DNA of 64,000 nucleotides from Trypanosoma brucei. Taxonomy: Eukaryota. Position numbers and translations under genes: made by a program. Below are positions 40,701 through 50,615 of the stretch, in pieces. Every line of letters starts with the position of its first letter. Position 1 is the first letter of the stretch. The stretch lies in assembly GCA_000002445.1 (NCBI GenBank), contig CH464491.1, positions 672,001 to 736,000 on the forward strand, given 5' to 3'. Under the pieces are notes generated by a model that did not search any database, was not told the DNA's origin, and worked only from the letters and a program-made list of their open reading frames with translations.

Positions 40701-42419
40701 CACACAACCATTTCCCTGGCGAACGAAGCAACAGTGCCGTGGAGCGACTCCGCTGGTTCCCTCTCCACTCACTGTGATGCTCCGCCACTCGCTCCCTGGT
40801 GTTGGCTCTTCTGTTCCAAGGTATGTGGTTCCAGCCACAAGGTGCTCAACCACCCAATCCCCTACACCTTCCATATTTAGAATAAAGGGCTCATTACGGT
40901 CTAACTTAATTGTTGGGTGCGTTGGCCTTGGTGCCTCTTGCTGTTTCCCTTCCGCTTTGGTGAGTTGCTTTATAAGTTCTTCCGCCTGCTCCAATTTTGA
41001 TAACAAAACAGCAGCGTCATGTGGCCTTCGTGGTGTCATGGAGGGGATGCTACTCTCTAGATCCTCCATGTTACTGGCGGGGCCGTGGCCGCCCCCAGTG
41101 GAATTGGGTAACCCACCAGGATTTGCTAAATCTGGCATTACTCCTCCCCGAAGAGCAAGTTCCTCGTAGTGCTTCATCTTCTCTCGCAGTTGCTGTACCT
41201 CTTCTTCCAACTCACGTATTCTCTTATCCCCTGCTGCGGCGTTTACAACTGCACGGGTGACGATAGACTTAGCACGATCCGCATAGCGCAGCGTGCTCAT
41301 CGTTTCGTCGTAGTTTGCCGCTGCCGGGCTGAGCGTAGACAACATGAACGTTTTACTGTTCCCGCCGAGAGACTCCTTAAGGATAAATGTTAAGGTGGAG
41401 TCACGATACGGGACGTGTCTTCGTCCACCAGCATCCGGCTTGCTTTTTCCGATGTCTGCTAAGGCACTAATCACCTGACCTAAAACCGTCAGAGATTTGT
41501 TTATATTTGCTCCCTCACGCAATGTGCCACCTTCTGCACCCGTAGACTTTGCCCTCTCACTTCCTGCAAGGTCCACCAGGTTAACTTTTGCACGGAGCTC
41601 TGTGCATGACACCGTACCATCTTTTACCTTCCCCATACGCTTCTGGATTACTGTGATTGAGAATATGGCGTGAGATCTACTTGAACGGTCATTCATATTT
41701 GTTGCTGCAATGTGACGACTTTGATTTCCTCCGTGCATCACTTGCATCATACTCTCCTCAGAATCCACTTGCACCTCCGAAATACCTTCAACATATACAC
41801 CCAACACCTTGTGCTCGCGGACTTTGAGGTTCTCACACTTTGGATTAAGAAGGCAGTTGACACGCTCCTGGTATATTTCCATGTAGCTCACGAGAACTGT
41901 AATGTTCAACTGCGGTGGAAGTGCATTTTCCTCAACGCCTGATGAGCGCGCCGCCTCTCGTTCCCGCTCGTTCTCCGCCACTTCCTTCGCAACCATCTCA
42001 AAAAGACCCCTGGAAAGTCGGGGAATAATACCGGGGTCAACCACTACATCACGGCCACCCGAAGGACCCATCATGGAGTAGCTCTTCCCGCTTCCAGACT
42101 GGCCATATGCGAAAACACATGCATTGAAACCTTTAATGGTTGCCTGGAGAACGGGGATACCAAGATACTCGTACACAGTTGTTTGGCTGTCGTTGCTGTC
42201 AAAAGCTCGGTCGAAGCTGAAGCACTTTCCCCCCGCCGCATCACACCCTGCGTCAGCCGCCGCACCGTTGGGGACACTTGACTTGTAAATACTAACCGTT
42301 TTTCCATTTTGGAACTGTAGGCAAATGGGTGAGTTGAGACGCTTCTCCCGCTCGTTGAGAGGTCGGGCACGCACGCAAACGGTCACATGCCCCTCCTCCG
42401 CATCGCGTGGCTTCGACAT
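37701..42419 (-). CDS. Kinesin motor - FHA - Roc GTPase - COR(A+B) multidomain protein (kinesin-ROCO fusion), about 1572 aa from the likely start MSKPRD. The longest ORF extends to 42569.
   Basis: Motor: GQSGSGKSYSMMG (P-loop), SSRSHAIFSI (switch I), VDLAGSER (switch II), then neck. FHA-like region at about aa 560-670. Roc: LVLGCGSCGKTSF (G1) and VVLVGTYLD (G4, cf. LRRK2 ILVGTHLD), correctly spaced. COR-A: LLMSWGVLHHH...YVIVDTPWVFRVVATL (cf. LRRK2 FLNESGVLLHF...YFVEPKWLCKIMAQIL). COR-B: PFYRFTLNMVPHNFFSRIVSRV (cf. PYFPMGFWSRLINRLLEI). Confidence 0.8.
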   Translation of the reverse strand: MSKPRDAEEGHVTVCVRARPLNEREKRLNSPICLQFQNGKTVSIYKSSVPNGAAADAGCDAAGGKCFSFDRAFDSNDSQTTVYEYLGIPVLQATIKGFNACVFAYGQSGSGKSYSMMGPSGGRDVVVDPGIIPRLSRGLFEMVAKEVAENEREREAARSSGVEENALPPQLNITVLVSYMEIYQERVNCLLNPKCENLKVREHKVLGVYVEGISEVQVDSEESMMQVMHGGNQSRHIAATNMNDRSSRSHAIFSITVIQKRMGKVKDGTVSCTELRAKVNLVDLAGSERAKSTGAEGGTLREGANINKSLTVLGQVISALADIGKSKPDAGGRRHVPYRDSTLTFILKESLGGNSKTFMLSTLSPAAANYDETMSTLRYADRAKSIVTRAVVNAAAGDKRIRELEEEVQQLREKMKHYEELALRGGVMPDLANPGGLPNSTGGGHGPASNMEDLESSIPSMTPRRPHDAAVLLSKLEQAEELIKQLTKAEGKQQEAPRPTHPTIKLDRNEPFILNMEGVGDWVVEHLVAGTTYLGTEEPTPGSEWRSITVSGEGTSGVAPRHCCFVRQGNGCVLLRPLEGNLTYINDEQEPISRDVPLMSGTVVCIGDEFLQFKFTDPTAPSMTARRRPMRSAEGTILSPRFKSISESSVPSLRIPAPTQSVGVGITTVAATNSPRGGIASSAANTGNGGSAVPVVPPITAGSGVSPFVPALQLKDVLQHQAQTNTYRPPTHKDPVAADVRPTSVRLPRTAKGVGRSRIGAGEGMERIRAVKTARRLKLRDDEYNVIYRHTFLVLGCGSCGKTSFRENLHKQDKWYSIFTSDQKNLRPSFGVESTTISSTGEYPSVEMNVMELGGTGCFSLLQGLLPTRRATYVLCFSLLQSVPFEGLLPFLEFILSHTTTRDTSVVLVGTYLDRSPLKSSKLAQHFSELEMQVNNYFRTLQVVGDMRPSIAGCFAVDNVNRTVFAPMFERLRKFPDLLSWFGDQAIRRCRNDADFPNAQVPKLLLSLGKRTKEINREGKWCVAFGEFKSVANALDNRYSDNLDDLHRHIQLLMSWGVLHHHYRHRAMRKYVIVDTPWVFRVVATLSCCSTVTPKLPGNDSSLRSVPLVLCREVMQSMRKSLPFDVDAVLIEDVCGALLQGVLTMRTALALFDGVLKEKGYGFAQLGGLLELLRSYDFIIMGSRLQYSFFNDENTSVQSSPTNAGKDMREVGSGLGRKKSAGPSGGPESEHFVLIPSCFMNPTPSSFCMHVPSFLHGPFYRFTLNMVPHNFFSRIVSRVAHCAKKVYLGPATARCVKLEDLVWNPNSQDDGKGGNRVGSNVNGSSNNTKGTEPSVVATNSVYVVGSSQFWENTMWVISSPGSRALLRMVQRSLFVTFHDMENSDEFYDGLRHVIRNILYESPGVTCQESILCLRRALEDGEKAEEVHGDLTYWRHVDENVNSLEKIKQREATALMTPRGTTPRLSMKGRAGGTMEIERSRQGGSRAGVKNGSGNSDEEDELNDVVIPFVRNHTEPIDVEAALRRVCSDSLLTDNALNELKTALQAMKEARSCGDHSGECCALDRLVDVLAQT

Positions 42420-43193
42420 CCCAATACGAATATATGCGTCGCAACGAATCAAAACGAAGGAGGGTGTGGTAAGGAAAGAAGGACGAGGGGTTTCTTCAAT
42501 AAAGATAGAACAACCCCCAAAATCTATATCTGCACCCTTTTGATGGTAATTTCTGTAACCTTCGGCCACTCAACTTCTTGTTCTTTTTCGTTATCCCTCG
42601 CTTATGTTCTATTAGTAACCCTCCTTTAAGGTACTTGGCGGTACACGAACTGAAATCACAAAGTAATTCACCGTGAGGTGCGTACTTAGAGAGAGAGAGA
42701 GAACGTGCAAGTCCAGCCTGTGATAGTTGGGTCCGATGAAGGCTGTAACACTTCAGCACGGGAAATATCCGCACCTTCCACCTAACAATAGCAACTTTCC
42801 TCGTCCTTTCCGTCGTTGTTGCCGTTCCTTTTTGGTGAGAGAACTTTTCTCCCCTTTTGCCTGTATGTGTTTCCTCTCTTTACTCAGGTTTTTCGTCTAC
42901 CTTTCTTGTTCACACCTCGTTTGGACTACTCTCCAGAAAGCCTTGATTATTTTTTTCTTCCTTGCTTTTTCTTTGTTGGCGCTACTGACGTGATGAATGC
43001 TCTTTGTTTTTTTTTGAAAAAAAAAAAAAGAAAAGCAACTCTCAATTCCACGTCGGCCAATTCTTCAACAAAAATGTGGTCCCTCCTTTCCAGCAGACGC
43101 GTTAGTAATAAGCTACTTCTGCTAATGCTCTGCGTATGCGAATGTATGAGTGAAACATACGAATACGAGCATTGTTGACGTTATATGTGCGTG

Positions 43194-43258
43194 GAAAGTG
43201 GAGGAAGGGTAAGGATAAAAGGAAAGGAAAGCATCAGAAAGCAAAGGATGAGAAAAAT
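43194..43258 (-). promoter_or_regulatory. Candidate polypyrimidine tract (minus sense) between the M32 carboxypeptidase and the kinesin-ROCO gene. Possible trans-splice signal for the latter.
   Basis: A 65-nt almost pure purine run on the plus strand (ggaaagtggaggaagggtaaggataaaaggaaaggaaagc...). Confidence 0.3.
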
Positions 43259-43910
43259 TCGGTACATTCAATAACATTTATAGTTCTGAAGAGGAGTAAA
43301 ACACACAACTCCGTGCATCGCGAACATCAGATAGAGGTATATTATTCATTAAAGTAACCACATTAATATTTAAATAGAAGATTAAAAAAAACATAGCAAA
43401 AGAAGTAGCAACATAACATATGTATGCATATGCATATAATAAAAAAAGAGAAAGGAGAAAGGGAGGACATTGTAAAGAAAACCCATGGCAAAGGCAGGGT
43501 TTGGTTTGTACTTCTCTTCCTTTATTATTTTTTTAAATGTAAATTCGCTCCTAAAACATTCCCTACTTTGCACCAGAGATCCGCATTTTTTCCAGCCGCG
43601 CAAATGATAAATACGGCGGCGCAGTCGTTCAGTTGTTATGAGAGGCCAAAGAAGTTTGGTCAATTATAACCTTTAAAATAAATAAATATATATATGTTTC
43701 CCTTTCCCTATAAAATAATATAGGAAAAAAACACAAAAGGGGAAAATGTGGCGATAACAGAACTCCGTAATATAAATGACAGCGTAGGAAAGAGAAAAAA
43801 GAAAAAAGAACAACAAGGAACGCTGGAAAAAAAAACGTAAAAAAAAAGATAGATCAAGATGACCAACCATTCATACAGAATGGAAAGGGGTAACGACCGG
43901 TTTTTTTTTT

Positions 43911-45422
43911 TCAGTTGGCATCGTCACGGTAGCGACGCTCCAAGTGCTCCCGGTGGTATTGCGGATTGAGCGGTTCGCCGGTGGCTTGCTTGATGAGTTC
44001 TTCTGTTAAGAGAGAACTTCCATGACGCCAGATCTTCTCCTTCTGCTTCGCAAAGATTACGTCGAGGTCTGCTTTCATGAGGCAGTCTTCCACAACGTTT
44101 TCCCCGAGCTCCCGCCGTACGGTATGCATCAGCTGCGCCGCAAGCATGGCACCCAGGAGGTAAGTGGGGAAGTAACCAAATGCCCCACCAAACCAGTGAA
44201 TATCCTGCAAGCAACCCTCCTTGTCATTACCGAGGGTTTCAAGACCAAAATAGGCCTTCATCTTCTCATTCCATGCACGAGGAACATCCTCTGCTTCGAT
44301 TTTACGGTCGATTAAGTCACGCTCGATCTCACAACGCAAGATGACGTGCAGGGGGTAGCAGAGCTCATCGGCCTCAATGCGAATAAGGCTTGGTTGCACC
44401 TGCTGCAACACTCTCTTCATGTTTGTTGGAGTGAAGGCGGGTTGCTCGCCAAAGTGCTCCACGAGCATGGGGGAAAGCGCGTTCATAAAGGCACCCGAGA
44501 GTCCAATTTGCATTTCCGCAAAGAGCGATTGGCTTTCGTGTACCCCTAGAGAACGGGCCCTACACACAGGTTGGGTGGTGAACTCGACAGGACCCAAATT
44601 TTGTTCGTACTTTGCGTGCCCAGTTTCGTGGATGACACCAAAGAGGCTTTTGGCGAAATCGTTTTCATTGTAGCTGGTCGTAATGCGCACATCCTCCTTG
44701 ACGTTACCACAAAATGGGTGAGCGCTTACGTCCAGTCGGCCGCCATCAAAGTTAAACTTCCACAACTTCATGCACGCACGTCCGAGAGTTTCTTGCTTGG
44801 CAATAGGGAATGGTCCCTTGGGTTGCACAATAGATGCGTTAAGTGATTTCTGCTTCTCCAAAACTTCTTTCAAGAGGTTGGGTAGCCATGACTTCACATT
44901 TTCGAATATTATGTCCAGTTGCTTAAGCGTCATGCCAGGTTCATAGACGTCAACAAGGGCCTCGTACGGGTGCACGCCGGTGGTTCCTGCAAGAAGCTTT
45001 CCCTCCTCACGATACAGCTCGACGAGTTCTTTAAACGTGGGAAGAAACCCAGCGAAATCATTTTCCTCCCGGCACTTCTTCCACAGTTGTTGTGAGTTGG
45101 ACGTTAGGAGGGCCTTACGTTCCACAAATGCCTCAGGAAGGCGATTGACCTTCTCCCAACTTCGGCGGATTTCTCGCAAATTGGCCCGTTGAAGTTCATT
45201 AAGTTCCCCCACAGAGCCCTCCGCTTCCTCAATGAATGTCTTCACTTTGGGGTTGGTAATCTCTCCGTGCATGAGCACTTCCAATTCCGCAATTGCTGCA
45301 CCACGTGCTTCCATTGCATTGGGGGGCATGATGGCTTGCATATCCCAACCAGCAAGGTTCATGAAGTGCTCATAGCGGTATAGTTTAGTGAAGACGCGCT
45401 CGAGCTCTTTGTATGCCTTCAT
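43911..45422 (-). CDS. M32-family metallocarboxypeptidase (Taq-type carboxypeptidase), 503 aa.
   Basis: HETGH zinc-binding HExxH. HESQS, IRIEADE and GYFPTYLLGAM are characteristic M32 blocks. Its length matches trypanosomatid MCP-1 (about 500 aa). Confidence 0.85.
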   Translation of the reverse strand: MKAYKELERVFTKLYRYEHFMNLAGWDMQAIMPPNAMEARGAAIAELEVLMHGEITNPKVKTFIEEAEGSVGELNELQRANLREIRRSWEKVNRLPEAFVERKALLTSNSQQLWKKCREENDFAGFLPTFKELVELYREEGKLLAGTTGVHPYEALVDVYEPGMTLKQLDIIFENVKSWLPNLLKEVLEKQKSLNASIVQPKGPFPIAKQETLGRACMKLWKFNFDGGRLDVSAHPFCGNVKEDVRITTSYNENDFAKSLFGVIHETGHAKYEQNLGPVEFTTQPVCRARSLGVHESQSLFAEMQIGLSGAFMNALSPMLVEHFGEQPAFTPTNMKRVLQQVQPSLIRIEADELCYPLHVILRCEIERDLIDRKIEAEDVPRAWNEKMKAYFGLETLGNDKEGCLQDIHWFGGAFGYFPTYLLGAMLAAQLMHTVRRELGENVVEDCLMKADLDVIFAKQKEKIWRHGSSLLTEELIKQATGEPLNPQYHREHLERRYRDDAN

Positions 45423-46061
45423 GTTCTCAAGCGACCGTATCTTTTGTATTCTTTATTTTACTTGTGTTGGTTACCGGTCAAATACGATTCCCTCAGAAAA
45501 GGGGGAAAGTTCGTTCTTCGTTTTCTTTGTAAGGTATTTCTTCTTTCGCTCTCAGTCTTCACCACGGTTGCTAATTTGATTATTGCCACTATGAAAACGT
45601 ATGGCAGTACAACAAAAACTAATGCTTGAACTATAGAGAACCCCCCCGAAAAAAAAATAATAATAGAGAGGAAACATGCATTTAAAGACACAATAAATGA
45701 GTTTTATTTGTATGAATCACACTCACGAGATTATGCGAAAAAAAAAACAACTAAGTTAACTGCGTGATACCCCACAACTCTCCTTCACCTCACTCTGATA
45801 CATACGTGTACACGTATGTACGACAGGTGAGGAAGGAACGTCAGTTGAAGCTGAATCTCTCTTGTTAGTTCTGTGGTTATCGGACATTAATACTGACACA
45901 AAACACGGCTCGAAAGCTTACACAAAGTCAAAAGGTACAGCATGGGTAACACTAAACCTCAACGAGTTTAAACGATTACATTTACCTAGTTAAAAAAAAA
46001 AAACGCTACATTCACGGGATTTCCTGCTCTCCTCCTTCAGCCATTTCCCTATGCCCTCCAT

Positions 46062-49000
46062 TTATTGGCTTAGATTCACTTTTTGTTTTTTCTCTGCCCT
46101 CCGTTGCTTAGCGAGTTTAGAAAGTTTAGCCTTGTTTCCCTTTAAGTTACTTCTTTGTGCTACAACTTCCAACCGTTGTATTGCCTCCCGCTGGTGGCGC
46201 CGATTCATGTACTGCCTATTGAGTGGCACATACGCGTAAGGGGCTAAACCACCACGACGCACGTCGCCCTCACCAGTTCCTTTAAACTCATCACCACGGA
46301 TGATATCTGCTTCGACGCGCGCGCGCTTGAGCTCCCGCTTCTCCTGTTTCTGCTCACGAAGTCGCTCCACTTGATTGACACCTGGTCCCACAACCCGACG
46401 AGCAGCCGCTGCAGCCCCTTCATTATTGATCTTGTCTCCATAGCGCAACAATAGTTCATCATTTTCAAAGTCTTCAACGTCATTACGAGTTCGCTTCCCG
46501 CGCTGCGCAACCGCACCCTCATTAAGCGCATCCGCGTGAACAAGGCCGTTGCGGGAGCGGAGGAGTTTTTTGGCCATCTCTTCGCGTCGTCGACGATCAT
46601 CCTGCTTTCGCTTCTCTTCCGCTGTCATGATATGAAGCTTGCCTTCTTGGAATTCGATGTGCATGTTGTCCAGTTCGTCATCATCTTCATCCCCATTGTA
46701 GCCTCTGCCAGCCGAACCTGCATTGAAGGAAGGCGAAGCATAAGCTGAAACAAAACTTGTGAGTCCGCCAGCCTGCAGAAGGTCACGCTCTGCATCATCC
46801 TCCGTTCCAGCCTTCATGCCGGCACCAAGGAAGAGCCTGTCAAACTCATTCTTCCGCTCTTCAGTGCGTTTGCGGAGCTCTCTCTCTTCCTTCTTCTGCT
46901 CGCGCTTCATCATCTTTTGCGTGTAACGGAGGAAGTTCTTAGAGCCAATGGGAAAGGTGGGCTCAAGTCGTTCGTAGCCGAACCGCTTGATGCACTTTTC
47001 CAGTATCACGCGCATCTGAAGACGGGTGTTGCTTGACACACGCGGTTGCGAGGTTGTGAGGGCGATTGCTAACATCAACTTCGAAATAGACTTCTCTACC
47101 GCAGCCCCTACACGTCTGCTCCGCTTCATCATTTTGAGCAGCATACGTACAAACATCGCGGCGGCTGAGCGCACGTCAAGAGCCGTAGATTCCATCATGC
47201 GAATTCCTAAAGCCACTGCCGCATCAAGATCTTTCTCAGGAAGCTCTTCATGAGCGACAGATACAATCTTTGCCATAGCCACAAGCGTGCTAGAAATCAT
47301 CCATGTGGTTTTCCCAGAGAATCCAGCGAGCACAAGGTGCAGCAGGGTGTTGACAGGATTTCCAGCGCCAATTAAGTAACGGTGCATTTTTTCCAACAAA
47401 TCCATGGAGAGTGTGCGAACCTCACTAGAGCGTTCGCGGGAAAGTGTGATGGTTTCTCCCACAATCGCACGTATCATTGTTGTGACGTGATCCGGGTAAA
47501 ACATCTTACAGGCATCAAGGGCCCACACAATGCACCGCAGACGCATTTTAATGCCAGATATAGTAACGTTCTGGCGTCCTACAGAGAGAATCCCTGAAAT
47601 GCGCGTGAACAGCGGGAAAATGTCCTTGCTACGGAACTCAAACATCGAATAGAGAAGTTTGTATGCTTTTTTCTGCAGCAGACGTGACTCGGGTGCTGGG
47701 TCCATTAGTACCGGTTCGATGATGTCGTCGAACAGTTTCACCAAATGTTCCTTCTCGAGTTGTTCGACAACGGCACAAGCAATGTCGAGTATCATGCGGC
47801 GCTTTCCAGTCAAAGGCGCATATCCCGCCTTCTTCACTACTTTGTCACCCCTTTCCTCTGCCTTTTCTTGCAGTAACTGTTGTTTATGTGCGATATTAGC
47901 CCCGACGTCCAGAATACCCTTCAAAATAACCTGCATGACCTCCCGCGAGCATACCCGAGAAAAGCTATGAATGGCGCGAAGGATGGACGTGGAGTTGTGA
48001 GTTTCGAAAGTGTTGCACAACTTGGGCATTATGTTCGCACTGAAACGCGAAAACACATTACCACAGACGTCCTTCGCTGTGGTTTGGGAAATGCCATGGT
48101 AAACATGGCGGTTCCACGTGGGGTCATTTAAAGAAAGAAAGAGATCATCCTCATCCAGGCTGTTCTTGTGTCCCAGTCCGACCTTCGCGCGAACTCGGTT
48201 CGAGGAATCCTCCTCTTGCTGTTCATCTGCCAGCCACCCCTTCTCTTGTTCCTCTGCCTCTCCCACGCCATCATTGATATCATCATCATCATCCACTGGT
48301 TCTGTCGATGCCAAATCGTAATAACCACTGCAGAGCATATGCAGAGCAGTAGCACCTGCGTCAGCGAAGAGGGGGTGAGGAAGGAGGCCAACAAGTTGCT
48401 TTGCGACGTCACGGAAAGAGTCTTTATCCACTATACGGGGATACTGACAGAACCCAATAGCCAAACGCCAATATTGCTGCAGCAGCGCTGTCCATTTCGC
48501 TGCTAGCTCTACCTGCTGCTGGCGCCCATACTCTAGGGCCACGCCACTAGTAAACTGAATGAGTGGGAAGAAGTACTCAACAAAAAAGGGCAGTGAGTCA
48601 TGCGACGCCGTGCGCCTAAGCACGCCCATCACATAACTATTTATCCACGGATCGTCGTCGGGAGACGGGTACGCGCCACCGATGGCAGTGCCCCTCAACT
48701 CCGCCTCGTAGACTTGGCGGGGATCAAATGGAATGATATCCACAAATTCCCGGACCGTCATACCTCTGCCTAAAGCGACCATGGCACGTTCGATTGCCCC
48801 ATTTAACTTACCATCATCCATTCTCCGCATTTTGTTCAGTACGCGCAAGAGGAAGTGAAAGGAGGGGAAGCGTCTCGTCAGTAGCATGGCATCGCCAGCA
48901 GCTGTGCGCTTAAGATAATTGATTCGGTTGAATAGTGCCTCAAGAATTTCCAAGGCATAGCTCCAGTACACCTGACAATGCGGTTTCAACAATTCCAACA

Positions 49001-49943
49001 GCCGATTTGAAACAATTTCGTCAATCATTTCCCGTCCCTCAGCCGATTCGACGATGTAGGGAGAAATAGTCCGCCGGATTAACACGGTAAACTCTGCAGT
49101 GGTGGAAGAAACGACACTTAAGGGGGCGTCAGTGAAGTTGCTGACACAAAGAGCCGCAAAATGCCGAACCCCCTGTACGAAAAAATTTTGATTATCACTC
49201 AGTATGTAGACACCACCTTCTGAGACGTTGTTCCTGGTGCCTCCAATGGATTCATCGGTTGGGGAATGTGCTGCCGATCTTTCGAGAAGTTTACGGAAGG
49301 CCACCAAGTACATTTTCATGATGTCAACTTGCATTTTGCTAGGCTCCAAGCGAGAAAAAACATTGAGCACCTTCATGGAAGGCGATTCTACAGAGAGGAC
49401 TAGCTGTTGGGAAAACTTCATTGCCTTCGCCACCGCGAGGTAATTGCTCGCTATGTTTTCCGCAATGACTCGTTCAACAGTTGCAATAGATGGTTCCAAC
49501 TGATGCAGCAGCATCCCTTGGCTTAGTCGCGGAGCGCAAGCCGACAGGATGGCAAGGATGTACGGCACGTGATGTTTCTCTGGCGAAAGGGAAAGGGCCG
49601 TAGACGCTGCCATAAAGAGTGAGAGCGGAGTAACAGGTTCACCAAGGCTCTCAATTGACTCCACCAGACCGCCCTGAACACTCTGAAGAATGCCTTGATC
49701 AAAGGTTTTGTGAATTTTCTTGTTTTGGGCAGCCAATACCCGTTTTGTTACCTCCCTCTTCTGCGCGGATTTCTGTACCTCAGTCTTCTGTCGTTTTACC
49801 ATGAGGGCCTCCCGCTGCAGACGCAAGAGCTTCTGACGACTCAAATTGGTACCTTTACGGAGTTGCTTGAGGGGCGTCCTGGTGCTCTTGCTAGCGAAGG
49901 CGCCTTTGCCTCTTTGCGCAGCCGCACTAGGAGGTTTCATCAC
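46062..49943 (-). CDS. RRP12-like large HEAT/ARM-repeat nucleolar protein, a candidate pre-ribosome export factor, 1293 aa.
   Basis: Helical-repeat composition throughout. The C-terminal block IKRFGYERLEPTFP...FLRYTQKMMKREQKKEE aligns with the human RRP12 C-terminus ([33 protein letters not shown]). An acidic/basic low-complexity tail follows. Size equals RRP12 (about 1230-1300 aa). Confidence 0.55.
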   Translation of the reverse strand: MMKPPSAAAQRGKGAFASKSTRTPLKQLRKGTNLSRQKLLRLQREALMVKRQKTEVQKSAQKREVTKRVLAAQNKKIHKTFDQGILQSVQGGLVESIESLGEPVTPLSLFMAASTALSLSPEKHHVPYILAILSACAPRLSQGMLLHQLEPSIATVERVIAENIASNYLAVAKAMKFSQQLVLSVESPSMKVLNVFSRLEPSKMQVDIMKMYLVAFRKLLERSAAHSPTDESIGGTRNNVSEGGVYILSDNQNFFVQGVRHFAALCVSNFTDAPLSVVSSTTAEFTVLIRRTISPYIVESAEGREMIDEIVSNRLLELLKPHCQVYWSYALEILEALFNRINYLKRTAAGDAMLLTRRFPSFHFLLRVLNKMRRMDDGKLNGAIERAMVALGRGMTVREFVDIIPFDPRQVYEAELRGTAIGGAYPSPDDDPWINSYVMGVLRRTASHDSLPFFVEYFFPLIQFTSGVALEYGRQQQVELAAKWTALLQQYWRLAIGFCQYPRIVDKDSFRDVAKQLVGLLPHPLFADAGATALHMLCSGYYDLASTEPVDDDDDINDGVGEAEEQEKGWLADEQQEEDSSNRVRAKVGLGHKNSLDEDDLFLSLNDPTWNRHVYHGISQTTAKDVCGNVFSRFSANIMPKLCNTFETHNSTSILRAIHSFSRVCSREVMQVILKGILDVGANIAHKQQLLQEKAEERGDKVVKKAGYAPLTGKRRMILDIACAVVEQLEKEHLVKLFDDIIEPVLMDPAPESRLLQKKAYKLLYSMFEFRSKDIFPLFTRISGILSVGRQNVTISGIKMRLRCIVWALDACKMFYPDHVTTMIRAIVGETITLSRERSSEVRTLSMDLLEKMHRYLIGAGNPVNTLLHLVLAGFSGKTTWMISSTLVAMAKIVSVAHEELPEKDLDAAVALGIRMMESTALDVRSAAAMFVRMLLKMMKRSRRVGAAVEKSISKLMLAIALTTSQPRVSSNTRLQMRVILEKCIKRFGYERLEPTFPIGSKNFLRYTQKMMKREQKKEERELRKRTEERKNEFDRLFLGAGMKAGTEDDAERDLLQAGGLTSFVSAYASPSFNAGSAGRGYNGDEDDDELDNMHIEFQEGKLHIMTAEEKRKQDDRRRREEMAKKLLRSRNGLVHADALNEGAVAQRGKRTRNDVEDFENDELLLRYGDKINNEGAAAAARRVVGPGVNQVERLREQKQEKRELKRARVEADIIRGDEFKGTGEGDVRRGGLAPYAYVPLNRQYMNRRHQREAIQRLEVVAQRSNLKGNKAKLSKLAKQRRAEKKQKVNLSQ

Positions 49944-50615
49944 CCTGTTGTATTACTTTCCTTCTTATGGAGTGTACCTTTCCACCTGCTATTCCGTCTT
50001 ACTGCCGATAAAACATAATGGTCGCAAAATAATAATGGCAATAGTAACAACAACAAAAGAGAATCAAACAAGAATCATTTGTTTTATTGCGGTATTCAGT
50101 GATGTTAACACTTTCCTCCACCACAGTTCACCATCCAGGTAGGGCATTAAGAGACCACCGAGAGAATGCAGTGCCGAAGAAAGATCCATATACTTCCAAC
50201 AGTACAAAAAACTAAAGAAGGTGCGCGAAAAGTGGTTGGGGTCGACCATTCCAGAGACAACTAGCGGAGAAAAAAAAATGACAACACACATCATCTCAAC
50301 CCATTTGCTACGCCCCAAAAACACTGGGAGCGGAATGGACAAATTAAAAGATAAAAAAAAATCAGACCCTTTGGACTTGCGGGGGTACTTCATTTAAGGA
50401 ACCATCTTCCGTTCCAAATACAAGTGTGTCACCCCCCCCTCTCTCAATATGCATCAGCACACTTAAAGTTTTGGCCTCAAATGTATACCTTCCCCTTTGT
50501 TTGCGCACCCTGACATCGTGTCACTGGAGTTCATGTTGTGAGGCAATTGCCATTTGCGCGGATTCGAGTTCCTTTCTTCATGAGCTTCCGATAAACCGGG
50601 CGCTGCAACGTCCAC

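Noticed and set aside
40224-41169. 308-aa plus-strand ORF (40243..41169) rich in Gly/Thr/Pro, antisense to the kinesin-ROCO gene.
   Set aside because: Low-complexity antisense frame of a region that encodes conserved FHA and linker sequence on the minus strand.
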